From an uncultured Pedobacter sp. (GTDB taxonomy: Bacteria; Bacteroidota; Bacteroidia; Sphingobacteriales; Sphingobacteriaceae): DNA of 64,000 bases. The position numbers were made by a program, and so were the translations under genes. Shown piece after piece: positions 1-10,417 of this stretch. Each line of letters begins with the position of its first letter. The first letter of the stretch is position 1. The notes beneath the pieces were generated by a model. It was not told the DNA's origin, did not search any database, and was given only the letters and a program-made list of their open reading frames with translations. Location: contig CBIHNR010000001.1 of assembly GCA_966211215.1 (NCBI GenBank), forward strand, positions 22,658 through 86,657, written 5' to 3'.

Positions 1-143
1 ATTACGACCTGTGGTTTTTGAGAAGTGGCGGCGTTGTCAAAATACACCAGAGGCTTCCCTTTCACCTCCCTTTTTAATATAGGAAATTCCTTGCGTATGG
101 CCTGCACGTCAAAAACTGGTAATATGGTGCTTGTTTCAATCAT
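1..143 (-). CDS. sufS: cysteine desulfurase SufS, 5' end only (gene runs off the left edge)
   Basis: Reverse-strand translation from the ATG at 143 reads [47 protein letters not shown]. This is the conserved SufS/CsdA N-terminus (FPIL...[11 protein letters not shown]). It has an ATGA start/stop overlap with sufD and lies downstream of sufBCD. Confidence 0.75.
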   Translation of the reverse strand, partial: MIETSTILPVFDVQAIRKEFPILKREVKGKPLVYFDNAATSQKPQVV

Positions 144-1450
144 TCTTCATTAATAGATAGGCGGTTGGAAATCAGCTTTTCTGCATATTGGCGAATGCTT
201 TCGGGCTTTATCTGGCTTAAAATATCTTCAGAAAATGCCTTTAACAGCAAAGCCTTTGCATATTCTGGCGGAATGCCTCTGGCTCTTAAATAAAACAGTG
301 CGTTTTCGTCTAATGTGCCCACAGTACAGCCATGCGAACATTTTACATCATCTGCGAAAATTTCCAGCTGCGGTTTGGTATTGATGCTTGCCCTGTCTGA
401 CAATAACAAATTTTTATTAGACTGGTAAGCATTGGTTTTTTGGGCTTTGGGTTCCACTTTAATCTTTCCATTAAAAACCCCTGTGGAGTAATCATCTAAA
501 ATGCCTTTATATAGTTCATTGCTGAAACAGTTTGGTTGCCTGTTATCTACCAGGGTGTGGTTATCAACATGGCTGCGCCCCTTCAGCAAATACAATCCAT
601 ATAAGTGGCTTTCGCAGCCCTCTGCATCAAGTATAAGGTTAGTATTATTTCGAACCATACCTCCATCAAGGCTAAGGGTTAAAGTATGTATATAGCTTCG
701 ACCTTTTTGCCAGAAATGAGTGGTGCCAACATGGTTGCTGTTGGGCGTGTCGTTCTGTATTTTATAATATTCTAAAATAGCCCCTTCATTTACAGTGATT
801 TCGATAACTTCATTATAAAAGCTGTCTGAAGCTCCCAAACTTCTATAGGTTTCAACGATCTGAATCTTAGAACCTTCCTCTGCATAAATTAGAATGCGCG
901 GTTGAGAGAAAGTAGGGTTTGCCCTTGCATCCATAATATGGTGAATATAAAGAGGATGTTCAACGCGAGTTTTTTGAGGAATATATATGAATGTACCGCT
1001 CGAAATAAAGGAAGTATTCAAAGCATGAATCCCATCGGTTATAGACTTATTGCTGTGCCCCAGGCTTTGTCTAACGATCTCCTGATACTCGCCGGCGATG
1101 GCTTCCTGTAAAGACTGTATAACTAGCTTTTGGGAGCGAATGGTTGAAAACTGGGGTTTATAAGTACCATCACAAAAAAATAATTCGTTAGCCTCAGTAT
1201 GTCCAGGCAAACGGGCATCTTCAATATCAGCTTCGTTAATTGATGATTGATTAATGTCTTGAGTGAACTGAAAATCCTTATTAAATAAGCTGCTAATGCC
1301 GGTATATTTCCATTCTTCGTTCTTTAGGGTAGGAAAGCCCTCCCGTGAAAGCGTTCTAAATCCTTCAAGGCGGATATCTGCCAGGGCATCCTTTTGATAA
1401 GTTGCCTGATTTTGCTCAAATCGTTCTTTGAAGTAATTTACATCAATCAT
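140..1450 (-). CDS. sufD: Fe-S cluster assembly protein SufD
   Basis: 436-aa ORF following sufB-sufC. The C-terminal region ([35 protein letters not shown]) is typical of the SufB/SufD family. Confidence 0.9.
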   Translation of the reverse strand: MIDVNYFKERFEQNQATYQKDALADIRLEGFRTLSREGFPTLKNEEWKYTGISSLFNKDFQFTQDINQSSINEADIEDARLPGHTEANELFFCDGTYKPQFSTIRSQKLVIQSLQEAIAGEYQEIVRQSLGHSNKSITDGIHALNTSFISSGTFIYIPQKTRVEHPLYIHHIMDARANPTFSQPRILIYAEEGSKIQIVETYRSLGASDSFYNEVIEITVNEGAILEYYKIQNDTPNSNHVGTTHFWQKGRSYIHTLTLSLDGGMVRNNTNLILDAEGCESHLYGLYLLKGRSHVDNHTLVDNRQPNCFSNELYKGILDDYSTGVFNGKIKVEPKAQKTNAYQSNKNLLLSDRASINTKPQLEIFADDVKCSHGCTVGTLDENALFYLRARGIPPEYAKALLLKAFSEDILSQIKPESIRQYAEKLISNRLSINEE

Positions 1451-1504
1451 GGCATTGAATTTTAAATGGAAAACAAAATGCTTGAAGCCTGTAGGCGGAG
1501 CAAA

Positions 1505-2293
1505 TCAAGGATGTTTGAATTCTGCTGGGCTGATTTCTTCTTTGATAAAGTCGTAGCCCTTTTCCTCTAATTCCAGGGCAAGCTCTTTGGTGCCCGACCG
1601 AACAATGCGTCCGTTGTACAAAACGTGTACTACATCGGGAGTTATATATTCTAAAAGGCGTTGATAGTGAGTAATAACAAGTATCGCCCGATCCGGATGG
1701 CGTAATTTATTCACTCCAGCAGCAACAATGCGCAAAGCATCTATATCTAAACCAGAGTCGGTTTCATCGAGGACAGCCAGCTTAGGCTCAAGCATGGCCA
1801 TCTGGAAAATTTCATTACGTTTTTTCTCGCCCCCAGAGAAGCCTTCATTTATAGAACGCCCCATCAACGATTGCCCGATATTTACCAAAGCCATTTTTTC
1901 TTTCATCAACTTTAAAAACGCAACAGCATCCAGCGGCTCTTCGCCCCGGTATTTTCGGTTTTCGTTTACTGCGGTTTTGATAAATTGGGTGGTGCTAACG
2001 CCGGGTATTTCCACCGGGTATTGAAATGCCAGAAACAAGCCTTCATGAGCCCGGTCTTCTGGCGAAAGTTCTAAAATGTTTTTGCCCATAAAAGTAATCG
2101 AGCCCTCGGTCACTTCGTACTCTTCACGCCCTGCCATAACCAGGGCAAGCGTGCTTTTGCCAGAGCCATTCGGCCCCATAATAGCATGCACTTCGCCCGC
2201 ATTTATTTCAAGGTTAATGCCGTTTAATATTTGCTTTCCCTCAATATTAGCATGTATATTTTTTATGGATAACATAGTATTGGTTTGATTCAT
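1505..2293 (-). CDS. sufC: Fe-S cluster assembly ATPase SufC
   Basis: Walker A GPNGSGKST, ABC signature FSGGEKKRNEI, Walker B LAVLDETDSGLD, and its position between sufB and sufD. Confidence 0.95.
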   Translation of the reverse strand: MNQTNTMLSIKNIHANIEGKQILNGINLEINAGEVHAIMGPNGSGKSTLALVMAGREEYEVTEGSITFMGKNILELSPEDRAHEGLFLAFQYPVEIPGVSTTQFIKTAVNENRKYRGEEPLDAVAFLKLMKEKMALVNIGQSLMGRSINEGFSGGEKKRNEIFQMAMLEPKLAVLDETDSGLDIDALRIVAAGVNKLRHPDRAILVITHYQRLLEYITPDVVHVLYNGRIVRSGTKELALELEEKGYDFIKEEISPAEFKHP

Positions 2294-2386
2294 TTTTTAA
2301 TGATAGAAGGATGGAATGATAGAAGGATAGAATTTGCATAACGCCATTCATTTTCTCATTCATTCCCTCAATCAATCATTCATTCT

Positions 2387-3832
2387 TCATCCCACACTCC
2401 CTTCCAGGTTAATAGCCAGTAGTTTTTGAGCCTCAACGGCAAACTCCATTGGTAATTGGTTCATCACCTCTTTTGCGAAACCATTCACAATCAGCGCCAC
2501 TGCTGTTTCGGTGTCTATACCTCTTTGCTTACAATAGAAAAGCTGGTCTTCCCCAATTTTTGAAGTAGTTGCTTCATGCTCAACAATCGAACTGTTGTTT
2601 TTTACTTCTATATAGGGGAAGGTATGTGCCCCGCACTGGTCGCCGAGCAGCAAGGAATCGCATTGCGAATAGTTTCTGGAGTTTGTAGCCCATTTGCTAG
2701 CCCTAACCAGACCTCTATAGCTATTATTGCTAAAACCTGCAGAGATTCCTTTTGATACGATGCGACTCTTGGTGTTTTTTCCAAGATGGATCATTTTGGT
2801 GCCGGTATCTGCCTGCTGGTAATTATTAGTAAGGGCGATTGAATAAAACTCGCCGATAGAGAAATCGCCTTTTAAGATAACGCTTGGGTATTTCCAAGTA
2901 ATGGCAGAGCCGGTTTCCACTTGTGTCCAGGATATCTTAGAATGTTCGCCATCACAAATACCACGTTTAGTAACAAAGTTGTAAATGCCTCCATGCCCTT
3001 CTTTATCGCCCGGATACCAGTTTTGTACTGTAGAATATTTTATTTCGGCTTTTGTATGTGCAATTAGCTCAACAACCGCCGCGTGTAGCTGGTTCTCATC
3101 CCTCATTGGGGCAGTGCAACCTTCCAGGTAGCTTACATAGCTTTCGTCCTCGGCAATAATTAAAGTACGTTCAAACTGTCCGCTGTTTTCAGCATTGATG
3201 CGGAAGTAGGTTGATAGCTCCATCGGGCAGCGAACCCCTTTTGGGATATAACAAAACGAACCATCTGTGAATACCGCTGAGTTTAGGGCCGCAAAATAAT
3301 TATCGGTCATTGGAACCACCGAACCCAGGTATTTTCTTACCAGGTCAGGATGATTTTGAACAGCTTCGGAGATGGAACAGAAAATGATTCCAATCTCTTC
3401 CAGTTGTTTTTTAAAGGAGGTTGCCACCGAAACACTATCCATTACAACATCCACAGCTACCCCGCTAAGCCGTTTTTGCTCCTCAAGCGATATACCCAGT
3501 TTATCGAAAGTTTTTTTCAGTTCAGGGTCAATGTCATCAAGACTATTCAGTTTTTCTTTTTGTTTTGGCGCAGCATAGTAAATTATATCCTGATAATCTA
3601 TAGGAGGATACTTAACATTAGGCCAGGTGGGTTCTTCCATTTTAAGCCAGCCATTATAGGCCTTAAGCCGCCATTCAAGGAGCCATTCGGGTTCGTTTTT
3701 CTTGTGTGAGATAAACCTGATAATATCCTCGTTTAATCCCTTGGGGGCGACATCTGTTTCTATATCGGTAACGAAACCATATTTATATTCATTTAATACG
3801 GTCTCTTGCAAAGTATTCAAGTCTTCTTTCAT
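2387..3832 (-). CDS. sufB: Fe-S cluster assembly protein SufB
   Basis: Strongly SufB-like throughout ([47 protein letters not shown]). The ORF track starts at a TTG at 3865. The ATG at 3832 (MKEDLNTLQ) gives a typical ~481-aa SufB, so it is preferred. Confidence 0.93.
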   Translation of the reverse strand: MKEDLNTLQETVLNEYKYGFVTDIETDVAPKGLNEDIIRFISHKKNEPEWLLEWRLKAYNGWLKMEEPTWPNVKYPPIDYQDIIYYAAPKQKEKLNSLDDIDPELKKTFDKLGISLEEQKRLSGVAVDVVMDSVSVATSFKKQLEEIGIIFCSISEAVQNHPDLVRKYLGSVVPMTDNYFAALNSAVFTDGSFCYIPKGVRCPMELSTYFRINAENSGQFERTLIIAEDESYVSYLEGCTAPMRDENQLHAAVVELIAHTKAEIKYSTVQNWYPGDKEGHGGIYNFVTKRGICDGEHSKISWTQVETGSAITWKYPSVILKGDFSIGEFYSIALTNNYQQADTGTKMIHLGKNTKSRIVSKGISAGFSNNSYRGLVRASKWATNSRNYSQCDSLLLGDQCGAHTFPYIEVKNNSSIVEHEATTSKIGEDQLFYCKQRGIDTETAVALIVNGFAKEVMNQLPMEFAVEAQKLLAINLEGSVG

Positions 3833-4112
3833 CACAATAAGCTTAAATTCTTGTAATAGAGACAAATAGGTTATAGTATAAACGAGGAACTGCCATTTTG
3901 TTTATGAAATCGATGTAATTATTGAGTAAAGATTGAGGTTTTGAGATTTTCTGCTGATCATCAACCTCCGGCTTTAAATTTTTCTGGGTTACCGTTGGCT
4001 GAAGCACAACGGCAATAGACACTATGTTAATCATCAGACTTCCGACCTCTGACTTCTAATCTTCGGGCTTCAGACCTCCGACTTCAGACCTCCAATCTCC
4101 AACCAAAAACCC

Positions 4113-4120
4113 TATCTTTG
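4113..4120 (+). promoter_or_regulatory. Bacteroidota-type -7 promoter box (TATCTTTG) for ubiE/menG
   Basis: Exact TAnnTTTG match 8 nt upstream of the ATG at 4128. The same 12-mer TATCTTTGCGCC precedes the tRNA-Arg at 47870. Confidence 0.5.
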
Positions 4121-4127
4121 CGCCAGT

Positions 4128-4859
4128 ATGTCTCAACCGGTTACTCCATATAATGATCAAACAGCTACCAAAAAAGAGCAGGTAGCAACAATGTTTAACA
4201 ATATCTCCAAAACGTACGATTTTCTTAACCATTTTTTGTCACTAGGTATTGATATCATTTGGAGAAAAAAAGCTATCGGAGAGTTGAAAAAGGATAAGCC
4301 GAAACATATTCTGGATGTAGCTACCGGTACGGGCGATTTCGCTTTTGAGGCTTTGCAGGCATTAAATCCTGATAAGATAACAGGTGTTGACATTTCTCAG
4401 GGCATGCTGGATGTGGCGAAAGAAAAGATCACAAAAAGAGGTTTGCAGCACAAGTTTGAAGTGAAACTTGGCGATTCTGAAAGGCTGCTATTTGATGATA
4501 ATACCTTTGATGCGGTAACCGTTGCATACGGGGTGCGAAATTTCGAAAATCTTGAAAAGGGAATTTCTGATATGCTTAGAGTTTTAAAGCCTGGGGGTAA
4601 AGTTGTTATCCTCGAGTTTTCCAAGCCGAGGGTGTTCCCTGTGAAACAATTGTATAGCTTCTACTTCCATTATATAACACCAACTATTGGGAAGATTTTT
4701 TCAAAAGACAACAGTGCATACAAATATTTGCCAGAATCTGTCGAGGCATTTCCTGATGGGAAAAAATTCACAGATTTAATGGAAAAAGTGGGGAACCGGG
4801 AAACTAAAAACCGCCCATTAGCGTTTGGGATTTGTTCAATTTACACCGGCATTAAATGA
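4128..4859 (+). CDS. ubiE: demethylmenaquinone/ubiquinone C-methyltransferase (MenG/UbiE)
   Basis: UbiE-family sequence: FNNISKTYDFLNH..S.G.D..WRK, SAM motif LDVATGTGD, VAYGVRNF, and the LKPGGK..ILEFS region. Confidence 0.9.
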   Translation: MSQPVTPYNDQTATKKEQVATMFNNISKTYDFLNHFLSLGIDIIWRKKAIGELKKDKPKHILDVATGTGDFAFEALQALNPDKITGVDISQGMLDVAKEKITKRGLQHKFEVKLGDSERLLFDDNTFDAVTVAYGVRNFENLEKGISDMLRVLKPGGKVVILEFSKPRVFPVKQLYSFYFHYITPTIGKIFSKDNSAYKYLPESVEAFPDGKKFTDLMEKVGNRETKNRPLAFGICSIYTGIK

Positions 4860-5590
4860 CGAAGTATATCTGCGCCCTTCTTGCGTTATGTTTTTTTAGT
4901 TATCAATCTAAAGCTCAGAACCAGGGTGGTGGGGTAGATAATGATATTATTCATTTCGGATTTACCTTTCAATATGTAAGCTCTGAGTATAAAATTTATA
5001 AGAAGGAGAATTGGCAGGATCCATTTTTTGATCCCTCTACAGGAGCTCAGGTGACGCCTATCTTAAACAGTATTAGTTCAAAACCTAGTCCAGGCTTTGG
5101 TTTGGGTTTTGTATCTGATCTTAGAATGGGGACACATGTTAATCTGCGTTTTACTCCGTTGCTGGTGTTTCCAGACCGGTCCATTGATTATGCTTATCAA
5201 GACCCTCAATTTGATCAGTCGAAAAAAGTAAATGCTGTCTTGGTTGAGTTCCCTTTAGGGTTCAAACTAAAATCGGACCGTAGGGGGAATTTTAGGGCCT
5301 ATATCTTAGGAGGAGGAAAATTCACATCTGATATTGTATCAAAAAAGAAAACAACAAACGAAGGCAAAGCCGAAACCGAAAAGCTGGTTGGAAATATCAA
5401 AAATTACTTTTCTTACGAAGCTGGTATAGGTTTCGACCTCTATTTTGAATATTTTAAGCTGTCTCCCGAGGTCAAATTTTCCCAATCTGTAAGCAGCATA
5501 TTGAAACCCGATAAGCAGTCAAATGCTTATTCCCAACCGCTTGATAAGCTTTTTCTACGCAATTTCCAGTTTAGCTTGTTCTTCGAGTAA
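4856..5590 (+). CDS. porT: PorT-family outer-membrane beta-barrel protein (T9SS-associated)
   Basis: Signal peptide (MTKYICALLALCFFSYQSKAQ), ~240-aa beta-barrel-like alternating pattern ending in an aromatic residue. It has a 4-nt overlap with ubiE, a synteny recalled for Bacteroidota porT/sprT. The family call is from memory, not alignment. Confidence 0.6.
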   Translation: MTKYICALLALCFFSYQSKAQNQGGGVDNDIIHFGFTFQYVSSEYKIYKKENWQDPFFDPSTGAQVTPILNSISSKPSPGFGLGFVSDLRMGTHVNLRFTPLLVFPDRSIDYAYQDPQFDQSKKVNAVLVEFPLGFKLKSDRRGNFRAYILGGGKFTSDIVSKKKTTNEGKAETEKLVGNIKNYFSYEAGIGFDLYFEYFKLSPEVKFSQSVSSILKPDKQSNAYSQPLDKLFLRNFQFSLFFE

Positions 5591-5656
5591 ATAAAACTTT
5601 TCTATTTTTTGATGAACCTACGCAGGGTTTGTTTAATTTCGGCCTTTCATTAAGGT

Positions 5657-6418
5657 ATGGCACAAATTGCGTTAATAACCGGAGCAACTGCAGGCATTGG
5701 CGAAGCGTGTGCCCAAGTGTTTGCCCAGCATAATTATAATTTAATTATAACTGGCAGAAGAGCAGAACGCCTCGAAACTCTTGCAAAGGAATTAAAAACA
5801 CAATTTGAAATTGATGTATTAACACTCACTCTTGATGTGCGGAGCAAAGCTGATGTTGAAAGCCAATTATCGGCATTGCCAAAAGCCTGGAAGGAAGTTG
5901 ATGTATTGATAAACAACGCAGGCCTTAGCCAGGGCTTAGACCCAATTCATCGGGGAGACACCAATGACTGGGATACGATGATCGATACCAATATTAAAGG
6001 TTTGTTATATGTAACCAAGGTGGTAAGCAACTGGATGGTGAAAAGACAAGCAGGCCATATCGTAAATTTAGGATCGATAGCGGCTAAAGAAACCTATCCA
6101 AATGGAAATGTGTATTGTGCAACAAAGCATGCAGTAGATTCCTTAAATCAGGCCATGCGCATAGATCTGTTGCCTTATAATATCAAGGTAACCGGTATTC
6201 ACCCGGGGGCGGTAGAAACCGAATTTTCGGAAGTAAGGTTTAAAGGCGATACCGAACGGGCGAAGAAAGTTTATCAGGGCTTTGAACCATTAGTAGCCAA
6301 AGATGTGGCAGATACCATTTGGTTTGTCGTATCTCGTCCGGCTCATGTAAATATTAACGACTTAGTAATTATGCCCACAGCCCAGGCTAGCGTATTGAAT
6401 ATAAAAAAAAATGAATGA
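5657..6418 (+). CDS. SDR-family NAD(P)-dependent oxidoreductase (YdfG-like)
   Basis: TGATAGIG cofactor motif, NNAG, and the catalytic YxxxK (YCATKHAV). Confidence 0.85.
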   Translation: MAQIALITGATAGIGEACAQVFAQHNYNLIITGRRAERLETLAKELKTQFEIDVLTLTLDVRSKADVESQLSALPKAWKEVDVLINNAGLSQGLDPIHRGDTNDWDTMIDTNIKGLLYVTKVVSNWMVKRQAGHIVNLGSIAAKETYPNGNVYCATKHAVDSLNQAMRIDLLPYNIKVTGIHPGAVETEFSEVRFKGDTERAKKVYQGFEPLVAKDVADTIWFVVSRPAHVNINDLVIMPTAQASVLNIKKNE

Positions 6419-6511
6419 GTGACTGAAGGAATGAATGAGCATTAAGCAATATTCGATCATTCAAAATTCCATCCATCTCTCACTATTCTTCAATCATTAT
6501 AAAAAGTAAAC

Positions 6512-6958
6512 ATGTTAGAACAAACCATAAATCAGGAAATTAAAACAGCAATGCTGGCAAAAAACGATGCCAGATTAAGAGGCCTTAGAGCTATAAAAGC
6601 TGCTTTATTACTTGCAAAAACGGAAAAAGGCGCAGCAGAAGCTATAACCGAAGAGGCTGAAGTTAAAGTGTTGCAAAAGCTGGCAAAACAGCGTAAGGAG
6701 TCTGCTGATATTTATAAAACACAAAATAGGGAAGATCTTTATAAAGTTGAAATCGAGGAGCTTGAGGTTATTGAGGAATTCTTACCAAAGCAGCTCAGCC
6801 ATGAAGAGATCGTAAATTATATAAAAGATGTAATTTCGCGGACTGGCGCGTCATCTGTAAAAGATATGGGCAAAGTAATGGGTGTTGCAAACAAAGAACT
6901 GGCAGGCAAGGCTGATGGCAAAACGGTTTCAGAAGTAGTAAAGCAGTTACTTGCCTGA
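6512..6958 (+). CDS. GatB/YqeY domain-containing protein
   Basis: 148 aa with a YqeY-like pattern (IKTAMLAKN..RL..LR.IKA, MGKVMG). Confidence 0.8.
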   Translation: MLEQTINQEIKTAMLAKNDARLRGLRAIKAALLLAKTEKGAAEAITEEAEVKVLQKLAKQRKESADIYKTQNREDLYKVEIEELEVIEEFLPKQLSHEEIVNYIKDVISRTGASSVKDMGKVMGVANKELAGKADGKTVSEVVKQLLA

Positions 6959-7060
6959 TATTTAGCGAAGCAATCCTTTTATATAAAGCATAAAAGCTTA
7001 CATTTATTCGCCATAAAATAAACGCTTAATAAATTTAACTAAACGTTTGTTTAGAACATT

Positions 7061-7825
7061 ATGAGTCTTACGGTTAAAGAAGAAAACGGATTTAGATATA
7101 TTGAAGAAGGAGAAGGGGATGTGCTTTTGCTGCTACACGGTTTATTCGGTGCATTAAGCAATTGGGAGGATGTATTAAATCAATTTAAGTGGCAATATAG
7201 GGTAGTAATTCCCCTGTTGCCCATTTATGAACTGCCATTATTAACAACCGGAGTAACAACTTTGGCAAAACATGTTCATAAGTTTGTTAAATTTAAGAAA
7301 TTGCAAAATATCATTGTAGTGGGCAATTCTTTGGGTGGGCATGTAGGCCTGGTTTTCACGCTTAGCCATCCTGAATGTGTAAAATCGTTGATTTTAAGCG
7401 GGAGCTCTGGCCTATATGAGAACTCTTTTGGGGGATCTTTTCCACGCCGCGAGAGCTACGATTTTATCAGAGAAAAGGTAGCTTACACATTTTATGATCC
7501 AAAATTTGCAACCAAAGAGCTTGTAGATGAGGTTTTTGGCGTTGTTAATGATAGGAATAGGGTAATTAGGATTTTGGCAATGGCAAAATCGGCAATAAGG
7601 CATAATATGGCAAAAGATTTGCATAAGATTACTATACCAACTTGCCTTATTTGGGGAAAGGATGATAGAGTAACTCCACCTGAAGTTGCCGAAGAGTTTC
7701 ATCAGCTGTTACCAAATTCTGAGCTAAACTGGATAGACAAATGCGGCCACGCCCCAATGATGGAACAGCCGGAACAATTTATAACTTACCTTAAAAAGTT
7801 TTTAGATAGGGTATTACTAAAATAA
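7061..7825 (+). CDS. alpha/beta-fold hydrolase
   Basis: HG oxyanion motif (LLLHGLFG), nucleophile elbow GNSLGG, and a C-terminal CGHAPMME histidine motif. Confidence 0.85.
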   Translation: MSLTVKEENGFRYIEEGEGDVLLLLHGLFGALSNWEDVLNQFKWQYRVVIPLLPIYELPLLTTGVTTLAKHVHKFVKFKKLQNIIVVGNSLGGHVGLVFTLSHPECVKSLILSGSSGLYENSFGGSFPRRESYDFIREKVAYTFYDPKFATKELVDEVFGVVNDRNRVIRILAMAKSAIRHNMAKDLHKITIPTCLIWGKDDRVTPPEVAEEFHQLLPNSELNWIDKCGHAPMMEQPEQFITYLKKFLDRVLLK

Positions 7826-7832
7826 AAAAGCC

Positions 7833-8495
7833 ATGGTAGCACGAGAACTCATATCAAACGCTATACCGCCGATCAAAACCTCAGATACAGTGCAAAAAGT
7901 GTTTGACCGGATGGCAGAGTTTCGTGTAGCCCATATGCCCATTGTAGACGACAACTTGCTTGTGGGAGTAATCTCCGACGAGGATTTGATAGAGGTTCAG
8001 GATTATTCAACCTTGGTGGGAGATGTTAACCTGTCTGCAAGTAATGCATTTGTTAAGGAAGGACAGCATATATACGATGTTATTCGCGAGTTTGATGAAA
8101 AGCGCTTAACTCTGGTGCCGGTTGTGGACGAAAGCAGGAATTACATGGGGGTTATTTCCATCAACACTATGATGGAATATGTAGCCAGCGTTACATCTGT
8201 TAAAGAGCCCGGTGGAATTATCGTGTTGGAAATTAACAATCGTAATAACTCCCTTTCGCATATCTCACAGATCGTTGAGTCAAATAATGCCCAGATATTG
8301 AGTTCATATATTACTTCATTTGCAGACTCCACCCGCCTGGAGGTTACTCTTAAAGTAAACCGCTACGACTTATCTGCAATAGTCGCTTCATTTATCCGCT
8401 ACGATTATACAGTCCTATCAACGTTTAACGACTTAAAGGCAGATAACGCTGTTGTAGGCCGTTATGACCAATTAATGAATTATCTCAACCTTTAA
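7833..8495 (+). CDS. CBS domain-containing protein
   Basis: Two CBS-like repeats (HMPIVDDNLLVGVISDEDL and LVPVVDESRNYMGVISINTMM). It sits in the conserved hydrolase-CBS-nadK arrangement. Confidence 0.75.
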   Translation: MVARELISNAIPPIKTSDTVQKVFDRMAEFRVAHMPIVDDNLLVGVISDEDLIEVQDYSTLVGDVNLSASNAFVKEGQHIYDVIREFDEKRLTLVPVVDESRNYMGVISINTMMEYVASVTSVKEPGGIIVLEINNRNNSLSHISQIVESNNAQILSSYITSFADSTRLEVTLKVNRYDLSAIVASFIRYDYTVLSTFNDLKADNAVVGRYDQLMNYLNL

Positions 8496-8557
8496 TGAAA
8501 GAATTTTAAGAATTTTGAATCTATCTTTCTTTTAATTCACATCTATAACTATCACCA

Positions 8558-9439
8558 ATGAAGGTTGCTATCTACGGTAGAGAATTTTCCAGCAATACAC
8601 TCCCTTACGTTCAACAGGTTTTTGATTGCCTCATGCAGTTTGGCATCGAGCCGCTGGTTTATGAAAATTTCAGCCAATTTATAAGTGGTAAAGTTTTCTT
8701 TCGCACTAAGTTGAAAACATTCAATAGTTATCATACTTTAAAAGGGCATGCAGATGTGCTAATCAGCCTTGGTGGCGACGGTACAATGCTGGATACCGTT
8801 ATCCTTTTGCGAGATTCAAATATTCCGGTTATTGGTATCAATCTTGGGCGCCTGGGATTTCTCGCCAGTATTAGCAAGGACAATATTAAATCTGCAATTC
8901 ATAGCCTGCTGCAGGCTGAGTACACTATAGATAGCAGAGAACTACTAAGTATAGAGGCAGAAAATAATGTGTTTGGCAATGAGAATTTTGCTTTAAATGA
9001 TATAACTATTCATCGCCGGGATAATTCGGCTATGATGCTGATCCATACTTATTTAAATGGCGAGTTTCTTAATTCTTATTGGGCAGACGGGCTTATTGTT
9101 GCTACGCCCACGGGTTCTACAGCATATTCCTTAAGTTGCGGAGGCCCGATCGTTTTCCCCCAATCAGGAAACTTTGTCATTACCCCGGTATCGCCTCATA
9201 ATTTAAATGTGCGGCCTGTAATTTTATCCGATTCCAGCATTCTCTCATTTGAATTGGAAGGCCGAAGCTCAAAATACTTGTTGTCTTGCGACTCACGCAC
9301 CGAATTAATAGACAGCACCTTGAAATTCAGTGTGAAGAGAGCCAGTTTTAAAATTAATTTAATAAGGCTTAACAATGAAAGCTATCTCTCAACGTTAAGG
9401 AACAAATTGTTATGGGGCATTGATACACGCAATTATTAG
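8558..9439 (+). CDS. nadK: NAD kinase
   Basis: GGDGT motif (LISLGGDGTMLD), the NLGRLGFL motif and TPTGSTAYSLSCGGPIV. Confidence 0.92.
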   Translation: MKVAIYGREFSSNTLPYVQQVFDCLMQFGIEPLVYENFSQFISGKVFFRTKLKTFNSYHTLKGHADVLISLGGDGTMLDTVILLRDSNIPVIGINLGRLGFLASISKDNIKSAIHSLLQAEYTIDSRELLSIEAENNVFGNENFALNDITIHRRDNSAMMLIHTYLNGEFLNSYWADGLIVATPTGSTAYSLSCGGPIVFPQSGNFVITPVSPHNLNVRPVILSDSSILSFELEGRSSKYLLSCDSRTELIDSTLKFSVKRASFKINLIRLNNESYLSTLRNKLLWGIDTRNY

Positions 9440-9489
9440 CCAAAACAAATTCAAAAGCATTTACATTACATATACTAAAATTTAATTAG

Positions 9490-10305
9490 GTGTTTAAGTT
9501 CAAGTTTTGCTTACCATTTTTAGCCAGCATATTAGTTTTAGTTAATGTGAATGTGTTTGGCCAAAGCTGGGAATTTGGAGGCTTTTTAGGCGGCTCTGGT
9601 TATATGGGCGACTTAAATCCGGTGAATCCTGCCAAAGTAAATAACCTCGCTTTTGGAGGGCAAATAAAAAGGTGCTTTGACCCCTATTGGTCACTCAAAC
9701 TTGCAGTTGTCCATGGAAAAATTGAAGCCTATGATTCGGACTCAAAAGATGCCTTCCAACGCGATAGAAATCTAAGTTTCTTCACTCCAGTTACAGAAAT
9801 CAGCCTTCAAACCGAGTTCAATTTTTTTAATTACGTGCCATCTCATAGCAAGAAAAGATGGTCGCCATTTTTATTTGCCGGGTTAGGACTTGTTGCCTTC
9901 AATCCGAAAGCGGATTACCAGGGCCAGGTTGTCGATCTGAGGCTATTCGGTACTGAGGGGCAAGATCCAACTGACCCTTATCGGGAATATGCTTTTACCG
10001 TGCCCTTTGGAGCAGGCGTAAAATATAATCTGACAGGAAAATGGAGCCTGAATGCAGAGGCTGGTTACCGTACAGCTTATACTGATTATTTAGATGATGT
10101 GAGCGGCGTCTATCCCCTGGAAGAACAACTTGTAGCCTCTCCAGGTTACGAAGCAAGAAAGGCTCTTTCGGACCGGTCCTTAAGCGGCGGGAAAGCCTCG
10201 GGTTCTCAACGAGGCGATTATCGTAAGCGAGATACTTACATGTTTGTAGGGCTTTCCATTACATATTCCATATTTAAAGGAGGTTGTCCTGTGGTTGCAA
10301 ACTAA
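9490..10305 (+). CDS. outer-membrane beta-barrel protein (DUF6089-like)
   Basis: Signal peptide, beta-barrel-like sequence, and the conserved position between nadK and uppS in Bacteroidota. GTG start. The family name is from memory. Confidence 0.6.
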   Translation: MFKFKFCLPFLASILVLVNVNVFGQSWEFGGFLGGSGYMGDLNPVNPAKVNNLAFGGQIKRCFDPYWSLKLAVVHGKIEAYDSDSKDAFQRDRNLSFFTPVTEISLQTEFNFFNYVPSHSKKRWSPFLFAGLGLVAFNPKADYQGQVVDLRLFGTEGQDPTDPYREYAFTVPFGAGVKYNLTGKWSLNAEAGYRTAYTDYLDDVSGVYPLEEQLVASPGYEARKALSDRSLSGGKASGSQRGDYRKRDTYMFVGLSITYSIFKGGCPVVAN

Positions 10306-10417
10306 CTTATTACTAAGCCTTAATCCTATTCATTAAATATTTTTCAGTCCGAGAAAAACTCACTAAGTTTCTTACCTTTACGCCCCGAATATCTGGCCTA
10401 TGGCCCAATTATAAAAA

